A DNA stretch of 28,013 nt from Bdellovibrionales bacterium (GCA_031370005.1 JANMPT010000047.1:1-28013); one strand, 5' to 3'. Counted from the stretch's first letter, positions 19,306 to 26,897 are shown. Notes: generated from the letters alone by a model not told the origin. A program made the numbers and translations.

Positions 19306-20339
19306 GACCCCTTATCTTTTTTCGTTCTGACTTTTTCAACCCAAGCCGTATTTCTAAGATACCATTCAACCGTGGCGCGCAGACCCTGCTCGAATTGGTT
19401 GTAGGTTCGGGTGAAGCCAAGTTCTTTTTGCGCTTTAGTATCGTCAATTGCGTAGCGCCAGTCATGGCCCTTGCGATCTTCAACAAATTTAATTTGCTGG
19501 CCATAGCTTTGTTTATCCACGCGGGGCCGAACCTCGTCCAAGATTGCGCAAATGGATTTGACCACATCAAGATTGGTGCGCTCAGAGTTGCCTCCAAAGC
19601 AATAGGTTTCACCCGGAGTTCCCTTCGTCAGGGCCAGGTAAACACCGTGGGCGTGATCCTCAACGTGAATCCAATCGCGGATGTTTTTGCCATTGCCGTA
19701 AACTGGTAAATGTTTGCCGCCCAGGGCATTTGTGATCATCGTGGGAATCAGTTTTTCAGGGAATTGACGTGGGCCATAGTTGTTTGAACAGTTGGTCGTC
19801 ACCGTTGGTAGCTTGTAAGTATGGTGCCAGGCCCTGACGAGATGATCACTGCCGGCTTTACTTGCCGAGTACGGGGAATTTGGACGGTAGGGAAGTTCTT
19901 CGTTGAACTTCCCGGTGTCGCCAAGGGAGCCATAAACTTCGTCCGTGGACACATGTAAGAATCGGAAAGTTTTTTCTTTTGCGCCAGTAAGTGTCGCCCA
20001 ATAGTTACGAGCGGCTTCTAGCAGGGAAAAAGTCCCAAGGATATTTGTTTTAATGAACTCGCCCGGGGAATGGATCGAGTTATCCACGTGGGACTCGGCT
20101 GCGAAGTTCACCAAATAATCAATTTGGTGCTCTTTCAGGAGTTTTTCGGTCAAGCCCTGATCGGTGATACAGCCCTGAACGAAGTGGCAGGTATTATTAT
20201 CCACCAGCTCTTCGATATTTTCGATGTGACCGGCGTAGGTGAGCTTATCTAAGACCACAACTTTGTCTTTGTTGCTGAGCGCTTTTCGGGCAAAGGCACT
20301 GCCAATAAATCCTGCCGCCCCTGTGACTAAAATATTCAA
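19302..20339 (-). CDS. rmlB: dTDP-glucose 4,6-dehydratase
   Basis: [61 protein letters not shown] motifs. Confidence 0.98.
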   Translation of the reverse strand: MNILVTGAAGFIGSAFARKALSNKDKVVVLDKLTYAGHIENIEELVDNNTCHFVQGCITDQGLTEKLLKEHQIDYLVNFAAESHVDNSIHSPGEFIKTNILGTFSLLEAARNYWATLTGAKEKTFRFLHVSTDEVYGSLGDTGKFNEELPYRPNSPYSASKAGSDHLVRAWHHTYKLPTVTTNCSNNYGPRQFPEKLIPTMITNALGGKHLPVYGNGKNIRDWIHVEDHAHGVYLALTKGTPGETYCFGGNSERTNLDVVKSICAILDEVRPRVDKQSYGQQIKFVEDRKGHDWRYAIDDTKAQKELGFTRTYNQFEQGLRATVEWYLRNTAWVEKVRTKKDKGS

Positions 20340-20611
20340 AACCTACTCCCGGATAAAAAAGGTCTTTCTAGAGTGATCTTATATAGAAAAATCGTCAAGT
20401 TTTGTCACGAATTGATATCGGCGAGGTTTGTGCCCGAGGTTTAGTCCGGATCTTGTTCAGCTGCAGACGAGAATAAGTTTAGATCAGAATAGAGCGTGAC
20501 ATGGCCTTTGCAATAGCCTCTAACGCAAGCGCTAACGGGGGCTCCATGAAGGCAAATAGGATTCTGAGTCGTCGCTGTTCTTTTCTCCTTTTTTATTTAC
20601 ATTGAGGCGAA

Positions 20612-20627
20612 TTATGTATATACATAA
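20612..20627. promoter_or_regulatory. Perfect 16-bp palindrome TTATGTATATACATAA, likely BrnA operator
   Basis: The palindrome overlaps the brnT-like start codon; type II TA antitoxins commonly bind such inverted repeats. Confidence 0.6.
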
Positions 20628-20796
20628 ATACGAGGGCTTTTTCATCCAATGGGATAACGCCAAGAATGCTAAAAACATTGAAAAGCACGGAGTTTCATTT
20701 AGGAGGCTAAGTCATGGCAAAGAAAGTTACTACCCTATTGTCAGCGCCAGAGTTGCTAGCACGAAAGAGCGCAAAGTCTATGAGTCGGAAAGTTAA
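20614..20796 (+). pseudogene. brnT: BrnT-family toxin with in-frame internal deletion
   Basis: N-terminal QWDNAKNAKNIEKHGVSF and C-terminal IVSARVASTKERKVYE are both BrnT signatures but are only ~12 aa apart (60 aa total versus about 90 typical); the central E-x-A...EER...IG segment is absent. Confidence 0.75.
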
Positions 20797-21013
20797 AGAC
20801 TCCGAAATCAACTTTTCTGATATTCCTGAGATAAGTGATGAGGAGCTCTCCAAATTCAAGAGGCGAGGGCGCCCCGTTCTAGGAGAGAGTCCTAGAAAAG
20901 CGGTCTCCATTCGCATTGATGAGGGCGTTCTGGAAAAAATTAAAAATCAGGCAAAGAAAAAAGGCATCGCGTATCAGAGTCTTATTAATGAAATTTTGAA
21001 AAAAGCTGTTTAG
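20780..21013 (+). CDS. brnA: BrnA-family (ribbon-helix-helix) antitoxin
   Basis: INFSDIPEI, RGRP, VSIRIDEGVL, YQSLINEIL motifs; ATG at 20780 overlaps the brnT end. An alternative in-frame ATG at 20714 has a perfect AGGAGG. Confidence 0.88.
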   Translation: MSRKVKDSEINFSDIPEISDEELSKFKRRGRPVLGESPRKAVSIRIDEGVLEKIKNQAKKKGIAYQSLINEILKKAV

Positions 21014-21080
21014 CCGCGCCTCATCTCGGAATCAAAACTCTGCAGGGGCTAGAAGGTGTATTATCAGTATGGTATTAAGC

Positions 21081-21392
21081 TTATCCCGCTCGCAGAAATT
21101 TAATTTCAATCTTTTGCCCGGTAGCCCCTAAAACCCTCAGTAAGGCGTCGAGCGAAATTCCCTGTGTGTCACCCTTCAAAATTCTTGTAACTCGGGCGCG
21201 AGATGTCGCGGCACGTTTGGCTACGGTCGTAATTTTAAGTTTCATAGTCTTAAAGTTGTTCACAATCTGAGAGCTAACATTTCTGCGGACTTCCCACTCT
21301 AGAGCGACGGAAGGATTAAGACCAAGAATTTCGGCCAATTCCTGAGGGCTTTTGGCTACAAAGCGCATTTTTTTTTCTGGGTTCTTTTTCAT
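21081..21392 (-). CDS. XRE-family HTH antitoxin (HigA-like)
   Basis: VAKRAATSRARVTRILKG-ISLDALLRVL HTH; 2 nt downstream of a RelE-like toxin. Confidence 0.85.
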   Translation of the reverse strand: MKKNPEKKMRFVAKSPQELAEILGLNPSVALEWEVRRNVSSQIVNNFKTMKLKITTVAKRAATSRARVTRILKGDTQGISLDALLRVLGATGQKIEIKFLRAG

Positions 21393-21394
21393 TT

Positions 21395-21763
21395 TTAGTC
21401 CTCCAGCAACTCATTCAATCTCTTGCGTCCCCTGTTTATCTCGTAAACAGGCGTTTTTTGAGTCGTTTTTTCAAAGGCATGGAAAACCAGAATTCCACGC
21501 TCGTTTTTTGTAAGATAAAAGGCTCGATACACGCCATTTTCACTATGAACCCGCAACTCGAAAACACCCATGGCCACCGACCTCATGGGCCTGGATTGTG
21601 GCATCGAAAGGGAGTCTCCTTTTTGTAGCCGATATATGAGATACCCTAGTTCGAATCTCACATCATCAGGGAATCCGCTGATGGCTTCTTTTGCTATCGG
21701 ATGAAAATGTACTTTTTGAACTGTATCGTATTCGGTACGTTTGTTCAAGGGGGTTTTTGCCAT
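21395..21763 (-). CDS. RelE/ParE-superfamily toxin (Gp49/HigB-like); start uncertain
   Basis: LQKG-LSMP-SRPM, GVFELRV, YRAFY, ILVFHAFEKTTQKTP motifs; toxin-first order with the HTH gene. Confidence 0.85.
   Translation of the reverse strand: MAKTPLNKRTEYDTVQKVHFHPIAKEAISGFPDDVRFELGYLIYRLQKGDSLSMPQSRPMRSVAMGVFELRVHSENGVYRAFYLTKNERGILVFHAFEKTTQKTPVYEINRGRKRLNELLED
21720..21748 (-). promoter_or_regulatory. Sigma70-like promoter TTGAAC-N17-TACAGT with imperfect operator GTACCG-N4-CGATAC
   Basis: 17-nt spacing read directly, with the inverted repeat in the spacer; lies inside the toxin's predicted 5' extension. Confidence 0.45.
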
Positions 21764-21879
21764 ATTTTTAGGCTGGTGCAAAACTAGTATCAGTGTCTAT
21801 TCCGGCAAGAGAGGATTTAGCGGGTTTACACTTCAAAATCCGAACGTCCAAAAATGATGTTCGGATAACCTTGGCTACT

Positions 21880-21903
21880 GCATTCAGGTCACGATTAGTG
21901 TCT
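21880..21903 (+). repeat. 24-bp repeat, partner of the inverted copy at 11575..11598
   Basis: 22/24 identity to the reverse complement of 11575..11598. Confidence 0.75.
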
Positions 21904-21905
21904 GT

Positions 21906-21972
21906 CATGCTTTTTGCTAACGCAGATCGGTTGCTGGGTGGGATTTTTTGAATGAGACTATGTAACTATACG
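21906..21972 (+). repeat. Degenerate ~65-bp direct repeat, copy 1
   Basis: Hand alignment to 23354..23418: 48/67 columns identical, 2 gaps, 13 of 17 substitutions are transitions. Confidence 0.7.
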
Positions 21973-22027
21973 ACTTAGTTGGTGATTATATTTTTTCCAG
22001 CAGGTGCGTGCCGACTCCATATTTGGC

Positions 22028-22672
22028 TTAAGCCACTTTAACGCTGGCGACCAAAGCATACTCCCTAAATATCCTGTGGGCGGGCTCATAAGAGCAACCC
22101 AATGTTTTTGCAATCTCAGAGGGGTTGGGGATTCCTTTTTCAATAGCCGTTATAATATCGGCCCGCCATGAAGAGCCGAAAAGCAGTCGATTGCGATATT
22201 GGAAGTTTTGCCTTGCGAGTCTAGAAACATCGAGAGCGTCGATTGCTCGAATACGCAAAGAGCCTTGAGGAATTAAAAATCCATATTTTTTAAACGTCGG
22301 CTCAGCCCCTTTCATCGAGATCGAGCTCAATGCCAATTCATGGTCCACAAGCGCGAATTCTTTTTTCTGTTTTTTAATCAGCCGTCTCCACTTATGAAAC
22401 CCCAGGTTTACTGCGGAAATAGCAATTGCAACCAACCACGGGGAGTATTGCTTTTTTTGTAATTTCATCAGTTTTTCAATGATAACATAATCTCCATGAA
22501 TGGAAACCCAACTGCAAAGCAGCGAGAATAGCCTACTGTCTTGGTGAATCTCTAAGGACGCCTCATGCAAGGTTCGCTCAAGATCAATCCACTCCTTTGG
22601 CTTTCGGTACTTAGGAGTTACTATCTGAATTCCGATATAATCTAACTTCTGATCCAGAGTAAGCTTAGTCAT
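22028..22672 (-). CDS. Hypothetical protein with C-terminal HTH; putative antitoxin/regulator of the adjacent nucleotidyltransferase
   Basis: C-terminal NPSEIAKTLGCSYEPAHRIF is HTH-like; N-terminal DLERTL motif; 8-nt overlap with the upstream NTase gene. Confidence 0.7.
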   Translation of the reverse strand: MTKLTLDQKLDYIGIQIVTPKYRKPKEWIDLERTLHEASLEIHQDSRLFSLLCSWVSIHGDYVIIEKLMKLQKKQYSPWLVAIAISAVNLGFHKWRRLIKKQKKEFALVDHELALSSISMKGAEPTFKKYGFLIPQGSLRIRAIDALDVSRLARQNFQYRNRLLFGSSWRADIITAIEKGIPNPSEIAKTLGCSYEPAHRIFREYALVASVKVA

Positions 22673-23192
22673 AACCCAAAGCCCCCCTTAAGACCTGGAA
22701 GGCTTTCTCAACATGAGTTGGCCAGTTTGGATGCAAATCCCTTTCCTGAACCCAGGTGATTGCTAGATCAAGTTCCTCACTGGTGGGTTTTAAAATTTTA
22801 AGATCTTCAAAATCAGGTGTCGTTCGATCACAATAAGCAAAGAGCTTCGATTTAAGTAAATCGTCTCTGCCTAAAACATCGAGATGAATTGCTTTGCCCT
22901 TATACAAAAGACGGGTTCTTAGTCGCCAACCTTTGGGTAAATCAGTTTTTAAGTTTACGGGGCCATTATTCAGCCAATTTTTATCGAGCTTCAAATCAGA
23001 TCTTTGGATGGCAAAGTGCTCTGAAGCTGTTTTAATCTCGGTTGGAATTTCTGGATCGAGACAGTCTACGTCTTTTGTTTTGCGATGACTTACATCCATT
23101 ATGTTCAGGGCCGCTCCGCCAATGATAACGGTCTCAAATTTTAAGCCCTGACTTTTTAGGAATTTATCAAATTCAATTATGACGTGCTTCAT
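22665..23192 (-). CDS. Nucleotidyltransferase (DUF6036/AbiEii-like, pol-beta superfamily)
   Basis: IIGGAAL...RKTKDVD (GG-x-A...TxDxD), WLNNGP, DLLKSKL, DR-DFEDL motifs; start at ATG 23192 supported by promoter geometry. Confidence 0.8.
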   Translation of the reverse strand: MKHVIIEFDKFLKSQGLKFETVIIGGAALNIMDVSHRKTKDVDCLDPEIPTEIKTASEHFAIQRSDLKLDKNWLNNGPVNLKTDLPKGWRLRTRLLYKGKAIHLDVLGRDDLLKSKLFAYCDRTTPDFEDLKILKPTSEELDLAITWVQERDLHPNWPTHVEKAFQVLRGALGYD

Positions 23193-23213
23193 ACGTTGTA
23201 TTGTACCATACAA
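23193..23213 (-). promoter_or_regulatory. Extended -10 (TGGTACAAT) 7 nt before the ATG (leaderless), within operator TTGTAT-N6-ATACAA
   Basis: Read directly on the - strand; no Shine-Dalgarno sequence before ATG 23192. Confidence 0.6.
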
Positions 23214-23353
23214 TAAACAGTTTTGGGAATAAATATCTCTGACCTTAGGACAATTTGCACACAGACCAAAGGCGAACAACTACCTGAAAATATTGTGAAA
23301 TTCCCATTGCAAGGTCCTGGAGTGTGATGTCCCAACTCTTGATCTGGCCAAGC

Positions 23354-23418
23354 CACGCTTTTGCTAGTGCAGATCAGTCGTGGGGCGGAATTTTAGAATA
23401 TGACTGTACGACTTTACG
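23354..23418 (+). repeat. Degenerate ~65-bp direct repeat, copy 2
   Basis: About 72% identity to 21906..21972 by hand alignment. Confidence 0.7.
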
Positions 23419-23569
23419 TGTTTTTAAGCTCCGGCTAGGTTTTACAATAAAAATGACATTTATGCCGTTTGAGTTGCTCCGGTGAATTCAACATTCTGTC
23501 CGAATTTTAGATAAATATGAGAGAATAAGACAGCAAAAAACATCTATAAATTCGCATATTTAACAAATA

Positions 23570-23630
23570 TTTTACCAAATTACGACGGATCGTAAAATGG
23601 TTTTACCAAATTACGATGATAGTTTACTAT
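23570..23630 (+). promoter_or_regulatory. Tandem 16-bp direct repeat TTTTACCAAATTACGA (31-bp period), palindrome TTACGA-N4-TCGTAA and promoter TTTACC-N17-TACTAT
   Basis: Copies at 23570-23585 and 23601-23616; the -10 ends 6 nt before ATG 23637 (leaderless geometry). Confidence 0.65.
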
Positions 23631-23636
23631 GGTAAT

Positions 23637-24833
23637 ATGCAAAAACGCTACTTGGAAGATCTCATAAGAAATGATGCCCTGGCTGTGAAAAAGATTGCCT
23701 TCATTTCCGGCCCTCGCCAAGTCGGAAAAACAACACTTGCCAGGTCCCTTCTTGAAAAATTAGAGGCGGATTCAACTTCGTATTATACTTGGGACGATGA
23801 TGAGTTTCGAAAAGTTTGGACCAAATCACCCAAGTCCATTCTCGACGGACTCAAATCAAAATATTTAGTTTTGGATGAAATCCACAAAGAAAGAACGTGG
23901 AAGAATAAATTAAAAGGTCTTTATGATCTCTATGGTGAGGACTACCAGTTTATTGTCACGGGCAGTGCCAGAATCGATTATTATAGAAAATCCGGCGACA
24001 GTTTGCAGGGCAGATACTTCCCTTATAGGCTTCACCCATTCACCCTCTGCGAGTCGCCGACAGTAAAGCTTCCACCAAAAACTGAGTGGTTGGAGAATGC
24101 CTCGCCTTCGATTGTAAATTTGGATCAGCTCGAGCTATTAGGCGGGTTTCCTGAGCCACTTTGGGGGCAAAGTGAAGAAAAAGCAAGACGCTGGCGAAGG
24201 CTTTATCGCGATCGAATGATTCGAGAGGATGCTCGTGACATTCAAAACATAAAAGAAATAAATTCCCTAGATGTGCTGAGCCTGCTCTTGCAAGAAAGAG
24301 CGGGATCGCAGTTGTCCTATGAGTCTCTTCGCGAAGATATCGGGAGTTCTCACGATACTATTACTCGGTGGATCGGAATTCTGGAGGCTTTGTACTATTG
24401 CTATAGAATCAAACCTTTTTCAAAAAATATAAAGTATTCCCTAAAAAAAGAGCCAAAGTTGTTTTTGTACGACTGGGGATTTTGCTCCACGGGCGGCGCA
24501 AAATGGGAGAATATGATCGCAGGGCACCTTCTGAAAAATGTCCATTTGTGGACGGATGCCGCAATGGGTGAGTTTGATCTATTTTACCTTAGAGATAAGC
24601 AAAAGAGAGAGGTCGACTTTTTGGTAACCAAAAATAAAAAGCCATGGCTTATGGTCGAGGTAAAATCCAACAGCAATAAAATATCGCCCGCTCTAAATTA
24701 CTTTTACAATTTATTAAAGCCACAATTTTGTTTTCAAGTTGTGAGAGAAAAAAAACAAGAAAAACCCAGATCCTTGGAGCATCCCCATATTCAAATCATA
24801 AGTGCAGAGAGCTTTTTGAGCGCCCTAAACTAG
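23637..24833 (+). CDS. AAA+ ATPase (AAA_14) with DUF4143 C-terminal restriction-endonuclease-like domain
   Basis: GPRQVGKTT, LDEIHK, VTGSAR, DSLQGRY, GGFPEP, KEPKLFLYDWG, WEN and EVDFLV...VEVK (PD-(D/E)xK-like) motifs. Confidence 0.92.
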   Translation: MQKRYLEDLIRNDALAVKKIAFISGPRQVGKTTLARSLLEKLEADSTSYYTWDDDEFRKVWTKSPKSILDGLKSKYLVLDEIHKERTWKNKLKGLYDLYGEDYQFIVTGSARIDYYRKSGDSLQGRYFPYRLHPFTLCESPTVKLPPKTEWLENASPSIVNLDQLELLGGFPEPLWGQSEEKARRWRRLYRDRMIREDARDIQNIKEINSLDVLSLLLQERAGSQLSYESLREDIGSSHDTITRWIGILEALYYCYRIKPFSKNIKYSLKKEPKLFLYDWGFCSTGGAKWENMIAGHLLKNVHLWTDAAMGEFDLFYLRDKQKREVDFLVTKNKKPWLMVEVKSNSNKISPALNYFYNLLKPQFCFQVVREKKQEKPRSLEHPHIQIISAESFLSALN

Positions 24834-24866
24834 CGGCGGCCTCGAGCTCTGAAAAGATATAGAAAT

Positions 24867-25661
24867 TTATTTTCGAATCGTTCCCAGTCTGGAGTTTTTT
24901 GGTCTTTTCGCCGGAGTCGGGTAGGCCTCAGTCGGAATCGCATGGATGTTTTTGATTTTTAATACCGCGCCCGCTTTTTTCGCCTCTTCGACAATGCTTT
25001 GGGCGAATTGATGCCAAGTTGTGTAATCGCTAAATTTCCAGTGATAAAGGCCAAACTCCAAAGGCTTTCCGCTTAGGAAGTCTTTAATAACTTTTTTGGT
25101 TTCTTGCGCGATATCTTCGGCCTTGGTGGGGGCTCCCCATTGGTCGCTGACGATATTTAACTCCTCACGCTCCTCGGCTAAACGCAGAATGGTCTTTTTG
25201 AAGTTCTGCCCCCAGGGGCTGTAAACCCAAGACACTCTGAAAATATAATACTTGCAACCGCTGGCTTGGATGGCTTTTTCGCCCTGCCACTTGGAAAAAC
25301 CATAGTAATTGATAGGGTTCGGAATATCCGTTTCCAGCCAAGGTTTTTCTCCCGAGCCGTCAAAAACATAATCAGTAGAGTAGTGGATAAAGACTGCATT
25401 GTGGCTTTTACACCAGCGGGCAATAACCCCTGGAGTGGCACCATTGATCGTGAGTGCGGATTCTTTTTCGGACTCCGCCTTATCCACTTGAGTGTAGGCG
25501 GCAGCATTGATGACCATGGTTGGATTGTACTGATTCAGGGCTTTTAAAACGGTGGCCTGATCTAAAAAGTTAGCTATATCGCTGCCTAAAAAAGTGGCCT
25601 GGGGAAGAATCTCGCGAAGAGCGGTGGCCACTTGACCGTTTTTTCCGAAGACCAAAATCAT
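24867..25661 (-). CDS. rmlD: dTDP-4-dehydrorhamnose reductase, C-terminally short
   Basis: GKNGQVA, NAAAYTQVDKAESE, HYSTDYVFDG, YGFSK, DQWGAPT, YPTPAKRP motifs; ends 5 aa after RPKNSRL. Confidence 0.92.
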   Translation of the reverse strand: MILVFGKNGQVATALREILPQATFLGSDIANFLDQATVLKALNQYNPTMVINAAAYTQVDKAESEKESALTINGATPGVIARWCKSHNAVFIHYSTDYVFDGSGEKPWLETDIPNPINYYGFSKWQGEKAIQASGCKYYIFRVSWVYSPWGQNFKKTILRLAEEREELNIVSDQWGAPTKAEDIAQETKKVIKDFLSGKPLEFGLYHWKFSDYTTWHQFAQSIVEEAKKAGAVLKIKNIHAIPTEAYPTPAKRPKNSRLGTIRK

Positions 25662-25710
25662 AAAAAATCCTTTAGCTGGTTATTGGACCCATAATTTAAC
25701 AAAAGTTTTG

Positions 25711-26835
25711 TTAAAAATCGATCTTCTCGAGCCATTCGCTGGCTTTCACGACGCGGGCTCCATTTTTTTGGGTGAAGTTACGGTCCAAATTTTTTACGAT
25801 AATGATTTTGGGAATTGCTCCGACTGCCTTTTCAAAAATATGAAAGGAATTATCGAGATTGTTGGCAGAGAGTTTGACTTCAATCATCATGGTGGGACGT
25901 TTTTCATGGCAGATCAAAAAATCCACTTCGTTTTGGTTTTTGTTTCTGAGGAAGTGCAGGGAGTAGTCCTCGCCGAAAACGTCTTTACGATAAAGAATTT
26001 CTTTGTAGATGGACAGGGCGACTAAGTTTTCAAAGCGGGCCCCGTCGTTGCTGACTCTTGGAATGTCGAAAAAATAGTATTTTGGGGCTTTGCTGATGGC
26101 ACGATTAATTTTTTTTGAATAGGGTGTGATTTTAAAAAATACATAAGAGTTTTCAAGCGCCTCGAACCACCTTTTTACTGTTTTGTCGTCCGTCCGGAGA
26201 TCTTCGCGAAGGGAGTTGTAACTGATGAAGCTGCCAACCCGCTCAGTCATTAGTTCCACTAAGAGTTCGATCGAACGAATATTTTTAACGGCCTCAGTTT
26301 CAAGCAGATCCTGACGCAAAATAACGTCTAAATGCGAGCTTCGCCACCTTTTGTATTCACGGACATCACCGGATAAGTAAGGCTCTGGAAAGCCGCTGAG
26401 TTCCAACAGCGAATCCAGGGACTTCTGGGGATCGGCTTTGGAAATTTGCGACAGTTCTTTCACATCTAAGGGAAACAGCCGAAATTGGAAGTAACGCCCG
26501 GCCAGAGAATCGCCAACTTTTTTGTAGGCATCAATGCGAGCACTTCCGGTCACTAGAATGGGGTGATTGGCGGTCCTAGTATCGAAATGCCCTTTAAGCC
26601 ATCGTTTCCATTGGCGCATTTTATGAAGCTCGTCCAAAATGAGAGCTCGAGAATTGAAAGTTAAGTCATCATTATGAATTTTTTTACGATCCTGAGGGTT
26701 GTCATAATTGTAATAGTCAAAGTCGCTTGTTAGAGACTTTGACAGGGTTGTTTTTCCCACCTGTCGGGGGCCGGTGATAATCACGATCTTCTTTAAAAGA
26801 TCCTTGAGAATGGCTTTTTTGAGGTACCTATTCAT
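25711..26835 (-). CDS. AAA+ ATPase (AAA_14) with DUF4143 domain, paralogue of 23637..24833
   Basis: GPRQVGKTT, LDELHK, VTGSAR, GDSLAGRY, SGFPEP, KAPKYYFFD, FEN, EVDFLI...IEVK motifs. Confidence 0.92.
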   Translation of the reverse strand: MNRYLKKAILKDLLKKIVIITGPRQVGKTTLSKSLTSDFDYYNYDNPQDRKKIHNDDLTFNSRALILDELHKMRQWKRWLKGHFDTRTANHPILVTGSARIDAYKKVGDSLAGRYFQFRLFPLDVKELSQISKADPQKSLDSLLELSGFPEPYLSGDVREYKRWRSSHLDVILRQDLLETEAVKNIRSIELLVELMTERVGSFISYNSLREDLRTDDKTVKRWFEALENSYVFFKITPYSKKINRAISKAPKYYFFDIPRVSNDGARFENLVALSIYKEILYRKDVFGEDYSLHFLRNKNQNEVDFLICHEKRPTMMIEVKLSANNLDNSFHIFEKAVGAIPKIIIVKNLDRNFTQKNGARVVKASEWLEKIDF

Positions 26836-26839
26836 CTAT

Positions 26840-26897
26840 ACCTTTTCGGCTTTGACGCCGAAAAGGTCAAGTCTAATTCGGCTTTGACACCGAAAAA
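26840..26897 (-). promoter_or_regulatory. Operator-like palindrome ACCTTTTCGGC-N6-GCCGAAAAGGT with a second copy 32 bp away
   Basis: 11-bp perfect arms at 26840-26867; core TTCGGCTTTGAC(G/A)CCGAAAA at 26845 and 26877; -35 TTGACC on the - strand at 26870-26865; 4 nt from the ATG. Confidence 0.7.

Noticed and set aside
20518..20617. Integron attC/VCR-like site (CTCTAACGCAAGCGCTAACGGGG...TTGAGGCGAATTATG)
   Set aside because: The right end lacks the required GTT, internal complementarity is poor, there is no second copy and no integrase.
2006..23279. Longest-ORF starts at 2006, 3447, 6842, 9709, 12801, 21781 and 23279
   Set aside because: The extensions overlap neighbouring genes or promoters and lack family similarity; downstream ATGs fit RBS, coupling or promoter geometry better.
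23570..23616. CRISPR-like or iteron array from the 16-bp repeats (also 26845-26897)
   Set aside because: Only two copies each, spacers too short, no cas or rep genes; an operator fits better.
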